Virus record (IMG/VR): IMGVR_UViG_3300044797_000394
Location: 64,001 to 128,000 of that record
Source of the DNA: a virus
Direction: 5' to 3' (one strand)
Length of the DNA stretch: 64,000 bases
The translations under genes were made by a program, and so were the position numbers. The first letter of the stretch is position 1. Each line of letters begins with the position of its first letter. Under the pieces are notes generated by a model. It did no database searches. It was not told where the DNA came from and saw only the letters and a list, made by a program, of their open reading frames with translations. Below are positions 49,636-58,326 of this stretch, in pieces.

Positions 49636-49911
49636 ATGGACTACGACGACTTGGAATTTCCTCCTTCTCATTTGATGAAACCCACGCATCGTGCTTCGGT
49701 TGTGGCCGAAGATTTCAAGTGCCCCAAATGCAAGGCACCTATGGTTGAGAAAATAGGGAAGTTCGGACCATTCTTCGGTTGTGTGCGGTTCCCTTCCTGC
49801 AAGGGCTCCCTCGACGTCACCAAGTCCAAGTCCAAGTCCAAGTTTAAGTCGGTCAGCAAACCGTCCGCCCCAGCAAGGAAGACAGTTTGGGACCACTTGG
49901 TCGGGGACTAA
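49636..49911 (+). CDS. stand-alone topoisomerase C4 zinc-ribbon protein with C-terminal tag
   Basis: CPKCKAPMVEKIGKFGPFFGCVRFPSCK. Ends KTVWDHLVGD. Confidence 0.8.
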   Translation: MDYDDLEFPPSHLMKPTHRASVVAEDFKCPKCKAPMVEKIGKFGPFFGCVRFPSCKGSLDVTKSKSKSKFKSVSKPSAPARKTVWDHLVGD

Positions 49912-50375
49912 TTGAGAAACTTCTTCGGGACTTCCATCGGCTCCGCTTTGACCTCTTCTTCTCGGTTGTGCCGATTTCGGTAGGCGATGCCACGGGCGAA
50001 TTCAATGAGCTCATGCCAGAGGAGTTGAAGCTGACTCATTGCCATTTCAGCGCTGAATGAGTCACGCGGGTCCTCGGACTTCTGGGCTTTCTCCCGAGCC
50101 GCTTCGACCTTGAGATCCTGTTCACCAACGCGGGCTAGTAGCTGCTCGACGTGAGTGATGAATACGAGGCGGACCTCATAGTCGCTACGCCGCCTTGCTA
50201 TAGCCTCCCAGAATTCCTTTGCGGCTTCGTCTGGGGTGTAGTCCTCTCCGTACGAAAGGTCGCCGTTGGGTTGAATTCGTACAAGCACGCGACCCGAGGA
50301 AGTTCCGATCACCAGTTCGTTTGGGTTTCGGGGAATCTTTGAATCGTCTCTATCATCCATTTTCATAATCCTCAT
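49908..50375 (-). CDS. hypothetical protein
   Basis: Contains a G.DYTPDEAAKEFWEAI segment. Start uncertain. Confidence 0.55.
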   Translation of the reverse strand: MRIMKMDDRDDSKIPRNPNELVIGTSSGRVLVRIQPNGDLSYGEDYTPDEAAKEFWEAIARRRSDYEVRLVFITHVEQLLARVGEQDLKVEAAREKAQKSEDPRDSFSAEMAMSQLQLLWHELIEFARGIAYRNRHNREEEVKAEPMEVPKKFLN

Positions 50376-50406
50376 GCCCAAGAGAGCCGATAAGTCGACT
50401 TTTACC

Positions 50407-50955
50407 CTACTCCTCATCCAGAATGTGTTCGTGCCAGGACTTTTTGGGGGTGGGCGGAACAGGAGCCTTAGACTCTTCGGGAGGCGGAGAGGGTGAAACT
50501 GTCTGAACCTGAACCGGACGTTGGATCCCAGGAACTCTGGTAAAGAGCTCGCGAGAGATACGAACTGGGGTGGGAGCCAGGTTATCCACTACCCGGTTAA
50601 TCTCCTCTAGGCTCCGTTCAATCTGATCGTTCAATCCGCTAAGAGAATCGTTGACCGAATTGAACAGACTTTGACCCGACGTCAAAGGCGGTAGGGGAGG
50701 GAGTGGGGGGATTGGCGGTAAAGGTGGAATCGATGGTACAGTCCTTGTCCTTTCAAGACTTTGCCTCAGTCGTTCAGTTCTTAATCGTAGCGACCGGACC
50801 CGTTCTTGTCGGGCTGTTTCGGGGGAGTTTAACAGTAACCCTTGAATTTGTTGACGATGCCGGCGGCCGCCCAGCCAAATGAGTGTGGCCCAAATGGTAA
50901 GTAGGACCGCAGAAAGGCCGTACTCCGCGATAGCCACATAGTTTATCTCATCCAT
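50407..50955 (-). CDS. N-terminally anchored Pro-rich membrane protein with C-terminal tag
   Basis: TM helix, PPIPPLPP repeats, ends KKSWHEHILDEE. ATG 11 nt after CGGTGTA. Confidence 0.65.
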   Translation of the reverse strand: MDEINYVAIAEYGLSAVLLTIWATLIWLGGRRHRQQIQGLLLNSPETARQERVRSLRLRTERLRQSLERTRTVPSIPPLPPIPPLPPLPPLTSGQSLFNSVNDSLSGLNDQIERSLEEINRVVDNLAPTPVRISRELFTRVPGIQRPVQVQTVSPSPPPEESKAPVPPTPKKSWHEHILDEE

Positions 50956-51020
50956 CCACTCTAGTTTACACCGTCCCCGTAAAATACGGGGTGCCACTTC
51001 TTCTTGTGTAGTGGTAAGGT

Positions 51021-52040
51021 GTGGCGTTCGTTGGATTAAAGGTTCCTGTTGAGCTAGGAAGCCTGTTCAGTCAGGTTGAGGTTCCCGGTCGTAGGGAATC
51101 CAAGGACAAGTACCACGTAACCATTCTAAATATGGGAAAAGACGTACCAATCGAGCAGATTGGCAAAGCCTCAGTCGTTGCCTTCAAAGTCTGCGAACAG
51201 ACCCCGCCCTTCATGGTTACTACGAAAAAGGTGTCTCAGTTCCCAAAGGGTTCCGATGGGGTTCCCATCATCGCCCTCATCGAATCCCCCGCCCTGCACA
51301 ATCTTCAGGCCAACCTCAAGAAGGCCTTCGATAAAGAGGGGGTCAGCTACTCCAAGAAGTTTCCCGAATTTAAACCGCACGTCACCCTCGCATATAGTGA
51401 CACAGGTATGCCCGAGCAGGCCATTGTCCCGATCAGTTGGACGGTCAGTGACATCAACCTCTGGGGCGGGGATTCTGGAGAGGAGCGGATCGTTACCAGG
51501 TTCCCCCTTAGCATGGACGCGCATAGCTCTCGGATGGCGTCGGTTAGAAACGATCGGGTGTCGGCTCTTCGGGTAGCCGCTCGATATCAGATTGCTTGTG
51601 AGGGAGGAGTTTGCACTTGCGGCGGTACCTGTTCTTGCGGTAAGTCCTCTGCGAAACGTCAAAATCCTACGGATGCGACGTTGGGAAAAGTGTGGGAGGA
51701 AGGTGGAAAAGCAAAGTTCGTCACCTGGGCAAACCGTAAATTTCTACCAGAATTCAAGAAAGCTCTAGGCTCTTCGGACAGTGTTGCAGCAGACTTATTC
51801 GGAGAGGGCGTTTTCGACAATTTCCTTCGGACGGTTCAAGAACTACCGAACATATCTAAGACCTTCGGGTACCCTCTTGCAGGGACTCGTGATGACTCAC
51901 TAATGGGTATGTGGGGACAAATCATAAGCACCTTGCGATACCGTCACCCGGACTTTCGTAAGGTGGAAACTCCGTACCGTCTATATGAAAATGATTACGT
52001 CACCTTGAAGGGGATTGTCGACACTTTAGGTCGTCGATGA
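51021..52040 (+). CDS. 2H phosphoesterase (LigT/Acb1-like fold) fused via an RVAAR linker to an unknown domain
   Basis: YHVTI and FKPHVTL motifs, followed by ALRVAARY. Confidence 0.75.
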   Translation: MAFVGLKVPVELGSLFSQVEVPGRRESKDKYHVTILNMGKDVPIEQIGKASVVAFKVCEQTPPFMVTTKKVSQFPKGSDGVPIIALIESPALHNLQANLKKAFDKEGVSYSKKFPEFKPHVTLAYSDTGMPEQAIVPISWTVSDINLWGGDSGEERIVTRFPLSMDAHSSRMASVRNDRVSALRVAARYQIACEGGVCTCGGTCSCGKSSAKRQNPTDATLGKVWEEGGKAKFVTWANRKFLPEFKKALGSSDSVAADLFGEGVFDNFLRTVQELPNISKTFGYPLAGTRDDSLMGMWGQIISTLRYRHPDFRKVETPYRLYENDYVTLKGIVDTLGRR

Positions 52041-52885
52041 GCATCGCGCTCCGAGTTGCCGCGAGGTTCATGATAGCCTCTCTCCTTGAGGAACTTCGGC
52101 ACAAGATGGATGATCTCCTCAAGGACAGCCCGCTCGACGCGGCTAAGGGAGAAGCCTTAGCTAAGTGGCTCGAGGATAACTTCTACATTCTGTCCCCGAA
52201 GACGCCCAAGGGTCAAAAGGCGGTCAAGGCCATCGCTGAAAAACTGCATTGGTGGCTCAAGTCAGGCATCCGAATGCATCAGGACCCGGAAGCGCCCAAA
52301 CGGACGATCGAAGAGACTTGGAAGGAGCTCGAATCACACTTGAGCGACTTCGTCAAGTACTTTTCGGCTGAGGGCGGCAACGTTGTGCCCAAGGAAATCA
52401 AGCTCGACGGGAACACTTTCACCAACGGGGCGGGGCTGAACGAGAAAAAGTTGAACGAGTACGCCTCGCGCCTTTCGGACGTCTTCAAGGATCTCAAGGG
52501 ATGGCGTAGGGGAGCCCTGGAGGGGGGCGTCAGGGTCTACTTTGCCAGCCCTAAGGACTTCGGCGGAGGGACTGCGGGCGGCAAGTACAAGTCCGACCAG
52601 GACGTCTTGTACGTTCGCGCCACGCCCGACGTTCTCAAGCGAGAGGGTAAGTCTTACGCTGGGTTTGAGTACATCATTGTGCATGAGCTCGGTCATCGGT
52701 ACGAACGCAAGCATCATGTGCCCACGGACTTCGACCGTCCCGAGTGGCATACGACTCCATATTCCAAGAAAGAGGGGGAGGGGTTTGCGGAGCTTTTTGC
52801 CCTGACGAACTTCGGGATCACCAACGCCCATACGAACTGGGGATCAGAATTGAACGAGCGTTTCGAAAAATTAATGGGTGGCTAA
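52037..52885 (+). CDS. RVAAR-tag HExxH zincin-like protein
   Basis: MSIALRVAARF. IVHELGHRYE...TTPYSKKEGEGFAE. Confidence 0.7.
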   Translation: MSIALRVAARFMIASLLEELRHKMDDLLKDSPLDAAKGEALAKWLEDNFYILSPKTPKGQKAVKAIAEKLHWWLKSGIRMHQDPEAPKRTIEETWKELESHLSDFVKYFSAEGGNVVPKEIKLDGNTFTNGAGLNEKKLNEYASRLSDVFKDLKGWRRGALEGGVRVYFASPKDFGGGTAGGKYKSDQDVLYVRATPDVLKREGKSYAGFEYIIVHELGHRYERKHHVPTDFDRPEWHTTPYSKKEGEGFAELFALTNFGITNAHTNWGSELNERFEKLMGG

Positions 52886-53331
52886 TGGGAATCGTTGAGA
52901 GGGTCGTGCTCCGGCACATGACGGCTGCCAGGTGGGACAATTCCGTGAACGGGTCGTACTTCTCACTCCGCTGGAATAAGACCAAGTGGAGCCTTGAGGA
53001 AATGTTGGACGGGTCACGTATTCCCGCAACGTCTAACTTTGGGGAAGGCCATGCGGGTCTTGTGACTTACGAGATGCCTCAACTGGGCGCCCTTCTGTCA
53101 AAGTACGACACACCCATCAACGCCCACTCGGACAGTATCCGAGTGGGCGCCAAGCTCCAGGGTGAGGATACTGGCCCCGTTGCTCGTCAGAAGCTCATTA
53201 CAGCGAGCAATGAGCACATGAAGCTCGCTATTGATAGCTTAAGAGAGGATGGTTCACCGGACCTGAACAAGGTCATCCACTTGGCGAAGGAGTTCGAGAA
53301 GAAGCTCGTTTGGAAGAAGATCAAGGCGTAG
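52885..53331 (+). CDS. RVAAR-type-tag hypothetical protein
   Basis: TAATG overlap. MGIVERVVLRHMTAA. Confidence 0.6.
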   Translation: MGIVERVVLRHMTAARWDNSVNGSYFSLRWNKTKWSLEEMLDGSRIPATSNFGEGHAGLVTYEMPQLGALLSKYDTPINAHSDSIRVGAKLQGEDTGPVARQKLITASNEHMKLAIDSLREDGSPDLNKVIHLAKEFEKKLVWKKIKA

Positions 53332-53611
53332 GCTCGTCGACATCTTCTTTCGGGGCTCGGATACTGGTTGCCACCCAGGTGACCTTCGAATCACGGAAAA
53401 AGGACATGGCTAGACCTTTCTCCTCGAGCCATGCTACGCAGTGACCCAATAGCATTGGATTGAGATTCCTGGCGTCCGCCCACGGACGGATCTCGGACCA
53501 ATCCCTCGGTTGGGAGAGGAACTCAAGGACCGGGGCTGACATTTCAATCCAGATGGGGTCCGCGACGTTTGGGATACGCTCTTCCTCATCGTCCGTGTCA
53601 ATTTCGATCAT
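53321..53611 (-). CDS. hypothetical (wHTH-like) protein
   Basis: VLEFLSQPRDWSEI...VAWLEEKGL. Confidence 0.5.
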   Translation of the reverse strand: MIEIDTDDEEERIPNVADPIWIEMSAPVLEFLSQPRDWSEIRPWADARNLNPMLLGHCVAWLEEKGLAMSFFRDSKVTWVATSIRAPKEDVDEPTP

Positions 53612-53620
53612 GGTATTCCT

Positions 53621-54043
53621 TCAGAGGTGGACTAGATCCCCATTACACAAAAGGTTCGCCCCTTCACCGATTCTTGGTTCTTTACCGTGAGAAAGGTACG
53701 CTTTTCCGCATTCTTTGCAGATGTTGGATCCAGAGGATCTTCTGACCTGATGCCATAGAAACGCCATGGGTCCCTCTTCCGTCTCGTACACTTTTTGAAC
53801 AGCTAGAACCGTTCCCTCGTCCGCCCGACCCATAATCGTGCGGCATACGTCTCTCAAGACAACGTGATAACGAACGTCCGGGGACATCACTCGTTCTGGC
53901 CAGTAGTTGTACAGAACCTTAGGAATAGCGATGACGGCCAGAACGAGGTTCTGACTTCTTCGCACCTTGGGATCGGGCACTTGAGAAACGACGAATTCCC
54001 CCATCCTTTGGTTGCCAACGATGACGGTTCTCGTAGGATGCAT
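53621..54043 (-). CDS. hypothetical protein with a C-terminal CxxC/H/C cluster
   Basis: ATG 13 nt after CGGTGTA on the minus strand. Confidence 0.55.
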   Translation of the reverse strand: MHPTRTVIVGNQRMGEFVVSQVPDPKVRRSQNLVLAVIAIPKVLYNYWPERVMSPDVRYHVVLRDVCRTIMGRADEGTVLAVQKVYETEEGPMAFLWHQVRRSSGSNICKECGKAYLSHGKEPRIGEGANLLCNGDLVHL

Positions 54044-54104
54044 GGGCTTTCATGGATACACCGGCGAAAATGCTTATCATATTACTTTATTGGAGATCTT
54101 TCCG

Positions 54105-55097
54105 ATGCCTACCCCTATCGATTGGTGCTCAAGGTGTGCTGCTCAGGTCTACGACGTAGACGGAGTTGACGGCGCCTGCGGGTGCCCTGAGGGACAGCTC
54201 AAGCAACTGCTAGCGAGCGTCACATCCAAAAAAACCATCCCAACTGGCAAGATAGAGGGCTGCTTCGGACCCGTGCCCAAAGTGACGGTTCCGTCCACAG
54301 TAGAGATGCCGAAGATCGGTCACATCCACTATCGGACCTCGTGCACGGGATGTGGAAGTGTCGAAACATGCCGTTGTATAGGATCTAGGGTGGACGTGAC
54401 TGTCGCCTCTTGTTATCGCTGCCAAATAAAGCAAGCAGCTAGTCCGAAGACGGACGACGACTTTCTAAGCGACCTTTTCGCTCGAGAGGGTTCCGTGGCT
54501 CCGACCACGGCGGACGAGGCGCTTCAGGGTCTTTGGAGCACGGAACCGACGATGGACGAGGATGTTGGGGTCACGGCATCCGTAGAGCAGACGGGTCTCG
54601 AAGGGCTCTGGATGGGGCGCGTGGCGTCCGAAACAGGGCGACACGTGCAATCGGGTGCGGAATTGGAGTCCCTGTGGATGCAGGAACTTTCGACGCCGAC
54701 GGGAACGACGGCTCGAGTGGAATCAGACGATATCACGTTCGATAACGACATGGACATGGACACCGAACTGTCTCAATACCGTACGACTCCTGATCGCCGC
54801 AATGCCTTTCGCGTGGACAGACCTCCTCGTCCTACGCAAATCGGGCAGTCCGGTCGATTTCCTGTCGTGAGGGAGGCTCAAGACCTCAATGAGATCCTGA
54901 GACCTCGTCCTGTGTCACCACGCCCCTCGTCTAGCGCTAGGAGTAGCATCACAGAAGTGCGTCAGATGGCGGCTTCAATGCGACCGCCGCCGCCCCAGCC
55001 CGTACGACAGCAAGAGACTCGGTCGGCTGTACAACGGGCGGCCGAATACTCAAAGCGGACGACCGTCTTTGAAAGATTGATGAGTGACGACGATTGA
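54105..55097 (+). CDS. Cys-rich N-terminal, low-complexity protein with C-terminal tag
   Basis: Multiple CxxC, repeated LxxLW segments, ends RTTVFERLMSDDD. Confidence 0.6.
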   Translation: MPTPIDWCSRCAAQVYDVDGVDGACGCPEGQLKQLLASVTSKKTIPTGKIEGCFGPVPKVTVPSTVEMPKIGHIHYRTSCTGCGSVETCRCIGSRVDVTVASCYRCQIKQAASPKTDDDFLSDLFAREGSVAPTTADEALQGLWSTEPTMDEDVGVTASVEQTGLEGLWMGRVASETGRHVQSGAELESLWMQELSTPTGTTARVESDDITFDNDMDMDTELSQYRTTPDRRNAFRVDRPPRPTQIGQSGRFPVVREAQDLNEILRPRPVSPRPSSSARSSITEVRQMAASMRPPPPQPVRQQETRSAVQRAAEYSKRTTVFERLMSDDD

Positions 55098-55114
55098 CCG
55101 GTGTATGGGCGAGC

Positions 55115-55534
55115 ATGAACATCACACGAGACGATTTGCTCATCCTGAATGTGTTTCGAGACTATGTCGCCGCGAACGCCGTCTCCAAGGGGTTCCGCGC
55201 CCAAATGTTCGAGAGTTTGACTCGAGAACAGATCGAGGGGCCAATCGGCAAATTGGTCCAGGCGTCGGTGTACGTCGCCAATGAACACGGAGAAGTCAGC
55301 GAGTTCTGGGAGGCGTTCCGAAAGGGAACCCTCCACGAGCCCTGTGACAAGGCCCCCAAGATGGTCGCATTGGGACTTCCCGCCCTTTCTTGCGTCGAAG
55401 AGGAGGTAGCGGACATCATCATTCGAGCCCTCGATACGGCTCAAGCTTACGGGGTCGATGTGGCCAAAGCCCTTGCCGTCAAGCACGCATACAATACGAC
55501 TCGTCCGACCCTCCACGGCGGGAAAAAGGCCTAG
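55115..55534 (+). CDS. MazG-like nucleotide pyrophosphohydrolase
   Basis: HGEVSEFWEA...EEEVADIIIRALD...K..YN..RP..HGGK. Confidence 0.8.
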   Translation: MNITRDDLLILNVFRDYVAANAVSKGFRAQMFESLTREQIEGPIGKLVQASVYVANEHGEVSEFWEAFRKGTLHEPCDKAPKMVALGLPALSCVEEEVADIIIRALDTAQAYGVDVAKALAVKHAYNTTRPTLHGGKKA

Positions 55535-55539
55535 ACCCC

Positions 55540-55992
55540 ATGCCGGCGGCGATAACGAATAGCACTCTTCTTTCGGCTATCGCGGACGCTACGGAAGGCA
55601 AGGGTGTCCTATTCCTCGTTGACCAGGTGGCATCCACTCAGAGACTGATCGAACGGTCAATCGATCTGACCATCGACGGTCTTCGTAACTACGGGGGATT
55701 GACGAAAGAGCAAGCCGAAGGTTACGTAACCGTTGGTAACGTTTCCTGGCGTCTCAACTTAGGTTCCGGGGGTTGGCTCTTTTTCTTCCCCGTCATGAAC
55801 CTGAAACCGCACGAGGACGTGGGCAACCCCACTTATGTCTACGGTCGAAACAACAAGGGCGTGTACGAGCGTACGTCTTACAAATTGTGGAAGGCCAAGT
55901 TTCCCACACCTTCAGAACCGGACGAGGATTCTGATGAGTTCGAGAAGCCCCCGTTGAAAAGCGTCTGGTCTCACTTACTGGAGGATGATTGA
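55540..55992 (+). CDS. hypothetical protein with C-terminal HLLxDD tag
   Basis: Ends KSVWSHLLEDD. Confidence 0.6.
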   Translation: MPAAITNSTLLSAIADATEGKGVLFLVDQVASTQRLIERSIDLTIDGLRNYGGLTKEQAEGYVTVGNVSWRLNLGSGGWLFFFPVMNLKPHEDVGNPTYVYGRNNKGVYERTSYKLWKAKFPTPSEPDEDSDEFEKPPLKSVWSHLLEDD

Positions 55993-56323
55993 GATGGTTG
56001 GAAACGAACTATCCACCGAGTATCAGGAGCTCATGGGGTTGTCGTCCTCAAATGCACCTGTCATGACCAAGGCCTCGGGTAAGAGGTCGAAGAAGGTCTT
56101 GGCCCAGGGCGTTGTTGAAAAGGCTCAGGTATCCGTTGACACGAATTTGAGGCCATCCACCAAACTCATGAAGATCGTCAGCATCACAAGGACCGCTACG
56201 GATCGAATTGCCAAAATCGAAATGCGAGTCAAAGACGGGACCCTGTTTGAGATCGACATCGATGAACCGACGGCTCAAGCTTTAGTCAATGTCTTCCTTC
56301 ATGACCCAATCATGCCAACTTAG
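55985..56323 (+). CDS. hypothetical protein
   Basis: Overlaps the upstream stop. Confidence 0.5.
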   Translation: MIEMVGNELSTEYQELMGLSSSNAPVMTKASGKRSKKVLAQGVVEKAQVSVDTNLRPSTKLMKIVSITRTATDRIAKIEMRVKDGTLFEIDIDEPTAQALVNVFLHDPIMPT

Positions 56324-56515
56324 GGGGATTGGGGGCGGTCCGATAGGACGAAACCTTTCTCGGAACTCTCGGATGGTCATGTTAGTGTGCCAGTTCGTGC
56401 GCCACTCTTTGATAGTAATCCAGGGCTCTCCCCTCGAAATGAACAGCTCCCTGACCTCGTAGTAGACCCCGTTAGTCGACTTAGCCCAAGCTCCAATCTC
56501 AATCTCGTCACTCAA
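56282..56515 (-). CDS. small SH3-like protein with a variant C-terminal tag
   Basis: IEIGAW.KS.NG..YEV. Ends LSWHDWVMKEDID. Confidence 0.5.
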   Translation of the reverse strand: MSDEIEIGAWAKSTNGVYYEVRELFISRGEPWITIKEWRTNWHTNMTIREFRERFRPIGPPPIPLSWHDWVMKEDID

Positions 56516-57215
56516 GGGACGTGGCTTTCAAGAGAGATTCGAGATGCTCGGATCTCCTCTTGTAGACTTTGAGAAGTACTGAGTTCTTGTTGTTCATAGT
56601 CGACTGAAAGTAGTGGAATCCTCGGCTTTGTTCGATCATAGTTGAAGTTCTGCCATACCACTCTGTCCGCCCTGCGAGCTCGAGAATAGCTAGGTACAAC
56701 CCTGACTTTGACGGGGCATTGCACAAGGAGAAGGAGATGGAAGCGCAGTTCATAGCCAGGGAGTGAAACTTGTCGGCATTCTCTCCTATGGCTTTTGATT
56801 CGGCATCAATTGCCTCATCTGAAGCGCGGTCGCACCATTCGGTTAGGAGATTCTCCGTAACCGAGCTATGGTTCACAACAAAACAGGCGCCCCCGGCCGT
56901 TAGAAACGGTCCCTGCTCTAGGACTTTGGCGGAGATGACGTCATTGACGGCGTCATCTAGAAATGGGAAGTGCGACCTGAGGAGCCAAACCTCAGCGCTT
57001 TTGAATAAGGGTTCTGGCGGTATGATGCACAAACCTTGTTTTTGAAGGGCCTCAACGTCCCCTTCCAGGTCCTCCACCTCAACGTTATCACCCGAGTACC
57101 CGATGACTTTGAACAAGGCGCCTGCCTTGTCTTGAATGATCGGTTTGGCTCTGATAAGTGGGGAGCTACCCGCCCACTCGAAGGGGGCTCCCACAATTGT
57201 CCAATTCGAGTCCAT
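56508..57215 (-). CDS. hypothetical protein (start uncertain)
   Basis: Long open frame between neighbours. Confidence 0.45.
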   Translation of the reverse strand: MDSNWTIVGAPFEWAGSSPLIRAKPIIQDKAGALFKVIGYSGDNVEVEDLEGDVEALQKQGLCIIPPEPLFKSAEVWLLRSHFPFLDDAVNDVISAKVLEQGPFLTAGGACFVVNHSSVTENLLTEWCDRASDEAIDAESKAIGENADKFHSLAMNCASISFSLCNAPSKSGLYLAILELAGRTEWYGRTSTMIEQSRGFHYFQSTMNNKNSVLLKVYKRRSEHLESLLKATSLE

Positions 57216-58065
57216 CAAAGATATTACCACCAGTTCTGGCCACGAGAGTGCAAATCCAACTGATGAGCTCAACCCGATTGCGGAACTGGGGATAAAAGCG
57301 AGACGCCCCACCCATATCCGCATAGACTTTGGATGCTTTGGCATCTCCCCCACTGAACCAGGAGTCTGTTTTTGCCGACGACGGGTGCTCGTGGTTTGAT
57401 TTGGGGTCCGCCCGTCCCGTCAGGGTCGACGCACGGTTACCGCTTTGAAGATCTAGTTCATGTACGAAACACCCCTGTTCGCATTCGTACGTGGGTATAG
57501 TTTCTTTGCCCCCCTCTTCGGCGTAGGTCATGTCGTCCATCGGGGGTTTTTCGATGTTACCCCCGAACGTTTTACCTCCGCTTTTCGTGCGATGGGCAAC
57601 GCCTGTCGTAACGCTTCTCGTCCCAACGAGGCGGCATCCGTCGCTATGAACGAAGGCCATATTTGTTGGCCAGCGACCGCCCTTGTTAGGCGGATTCGCC
57701 TTGTCACCCCCATACCCATCCCCCATTCCAAAGCCGCGAGCATGGCCCATCCCAGAGCGCGGTTTGCCCGTTGCCGAAAAGAATTCGCTGAGATCCGCTT
57801 TGATACGACTCCCGTTGATGTTCATCGGGCCCGTACCGTACTTGATGACCGAATCAATGACTGTCCCCTCGATGGGTGCTCGGTAGAGTAGAGCGTAGGA
57901 CGTTGATAACCCGGGTCCGAAGATGGCGAGAGTGTCTTTTAGGGAGAAGCCCGCAACTCGAGCTCGAACCGAAGCGTCAAAGTCTTCCGTTAGGAGAACG
58001 ACGTACCCACCGGGAAAGACGTCCACGGAAGTCCAATCACGTAGGATCGCTGCATCGAAGGTCAT
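57166..58065 (-). CDS. DNA-methyltransferase central-region homolog lacking catalytic motifs
   Basis: AGF..KD...LYRAPIEGTV...YGTGPMNINGSRI...GRWPTN...GGASRFY. No DPPY or FxGxG. Confidence 0.6.
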   Translation of the reverse strand: MTFDAAILRDWTSVDVFPGGYVVLLTEDFDASVRARVAGFSLKDTLAIFGPGLSTSYALLYRAPIEGTVIDSVIKYGTGPMNINGSRIKADLSEFFSATGKPRSGMGHARGFGMGDGYGGDKANPPNKGGRWPTNMAFVHSDGCRLVGTRSVTTGVAHRTKSGGKTFGGNIEKPPMDDMTYAEEGGKETIPTYECEQGCFVHELDLQSGNRASTLTGRADPKSNHEHPSSAKTDSWFSGGDAKASKVYADMGGASRFYPQFRNRVELISWICTLVARTGGNIFDGLELDNCGSPLRVGG

Positions 58066-58307
58066 GTGTATGGCTTGAATAGAATGAATCTAGGTCTCTC
58101 GACACCGTCGGGCCACGGTACGACTTCGTTCCACTGCTCGATTCTGCGAGAATGGTACGTCCCGTTTGTCAAGGACTTGTAGCTCACGCGGAACCCGCCC
58201 GTGTCAGCGTCTCGCTCGACGCGCTTGGACTCGTAGAGGCCGCCCTTAAAGTGCTTCCACAACCCGTGGGTCATCTCGGGGTACTCATCCGTATCGTGGG
58301 ATGCCAT
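58062..58307 (-). CDS. DUF1653-like protein
   Basis: GLWKHFKGGLYE...VSYKSL..G..HSR...W...V...RF. Confidence 0.7.
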   Translation of the reverse strand: MASHDTDEYPEMTHGLWKHFKGGLYESKRVERDADTGGFRVSYKSLTNGTYHSRRIEQWNEVVPWPDGVERPRFILFKPYT

Positions 58308-58326
58308 GCCCACTCTTTACACCGTT

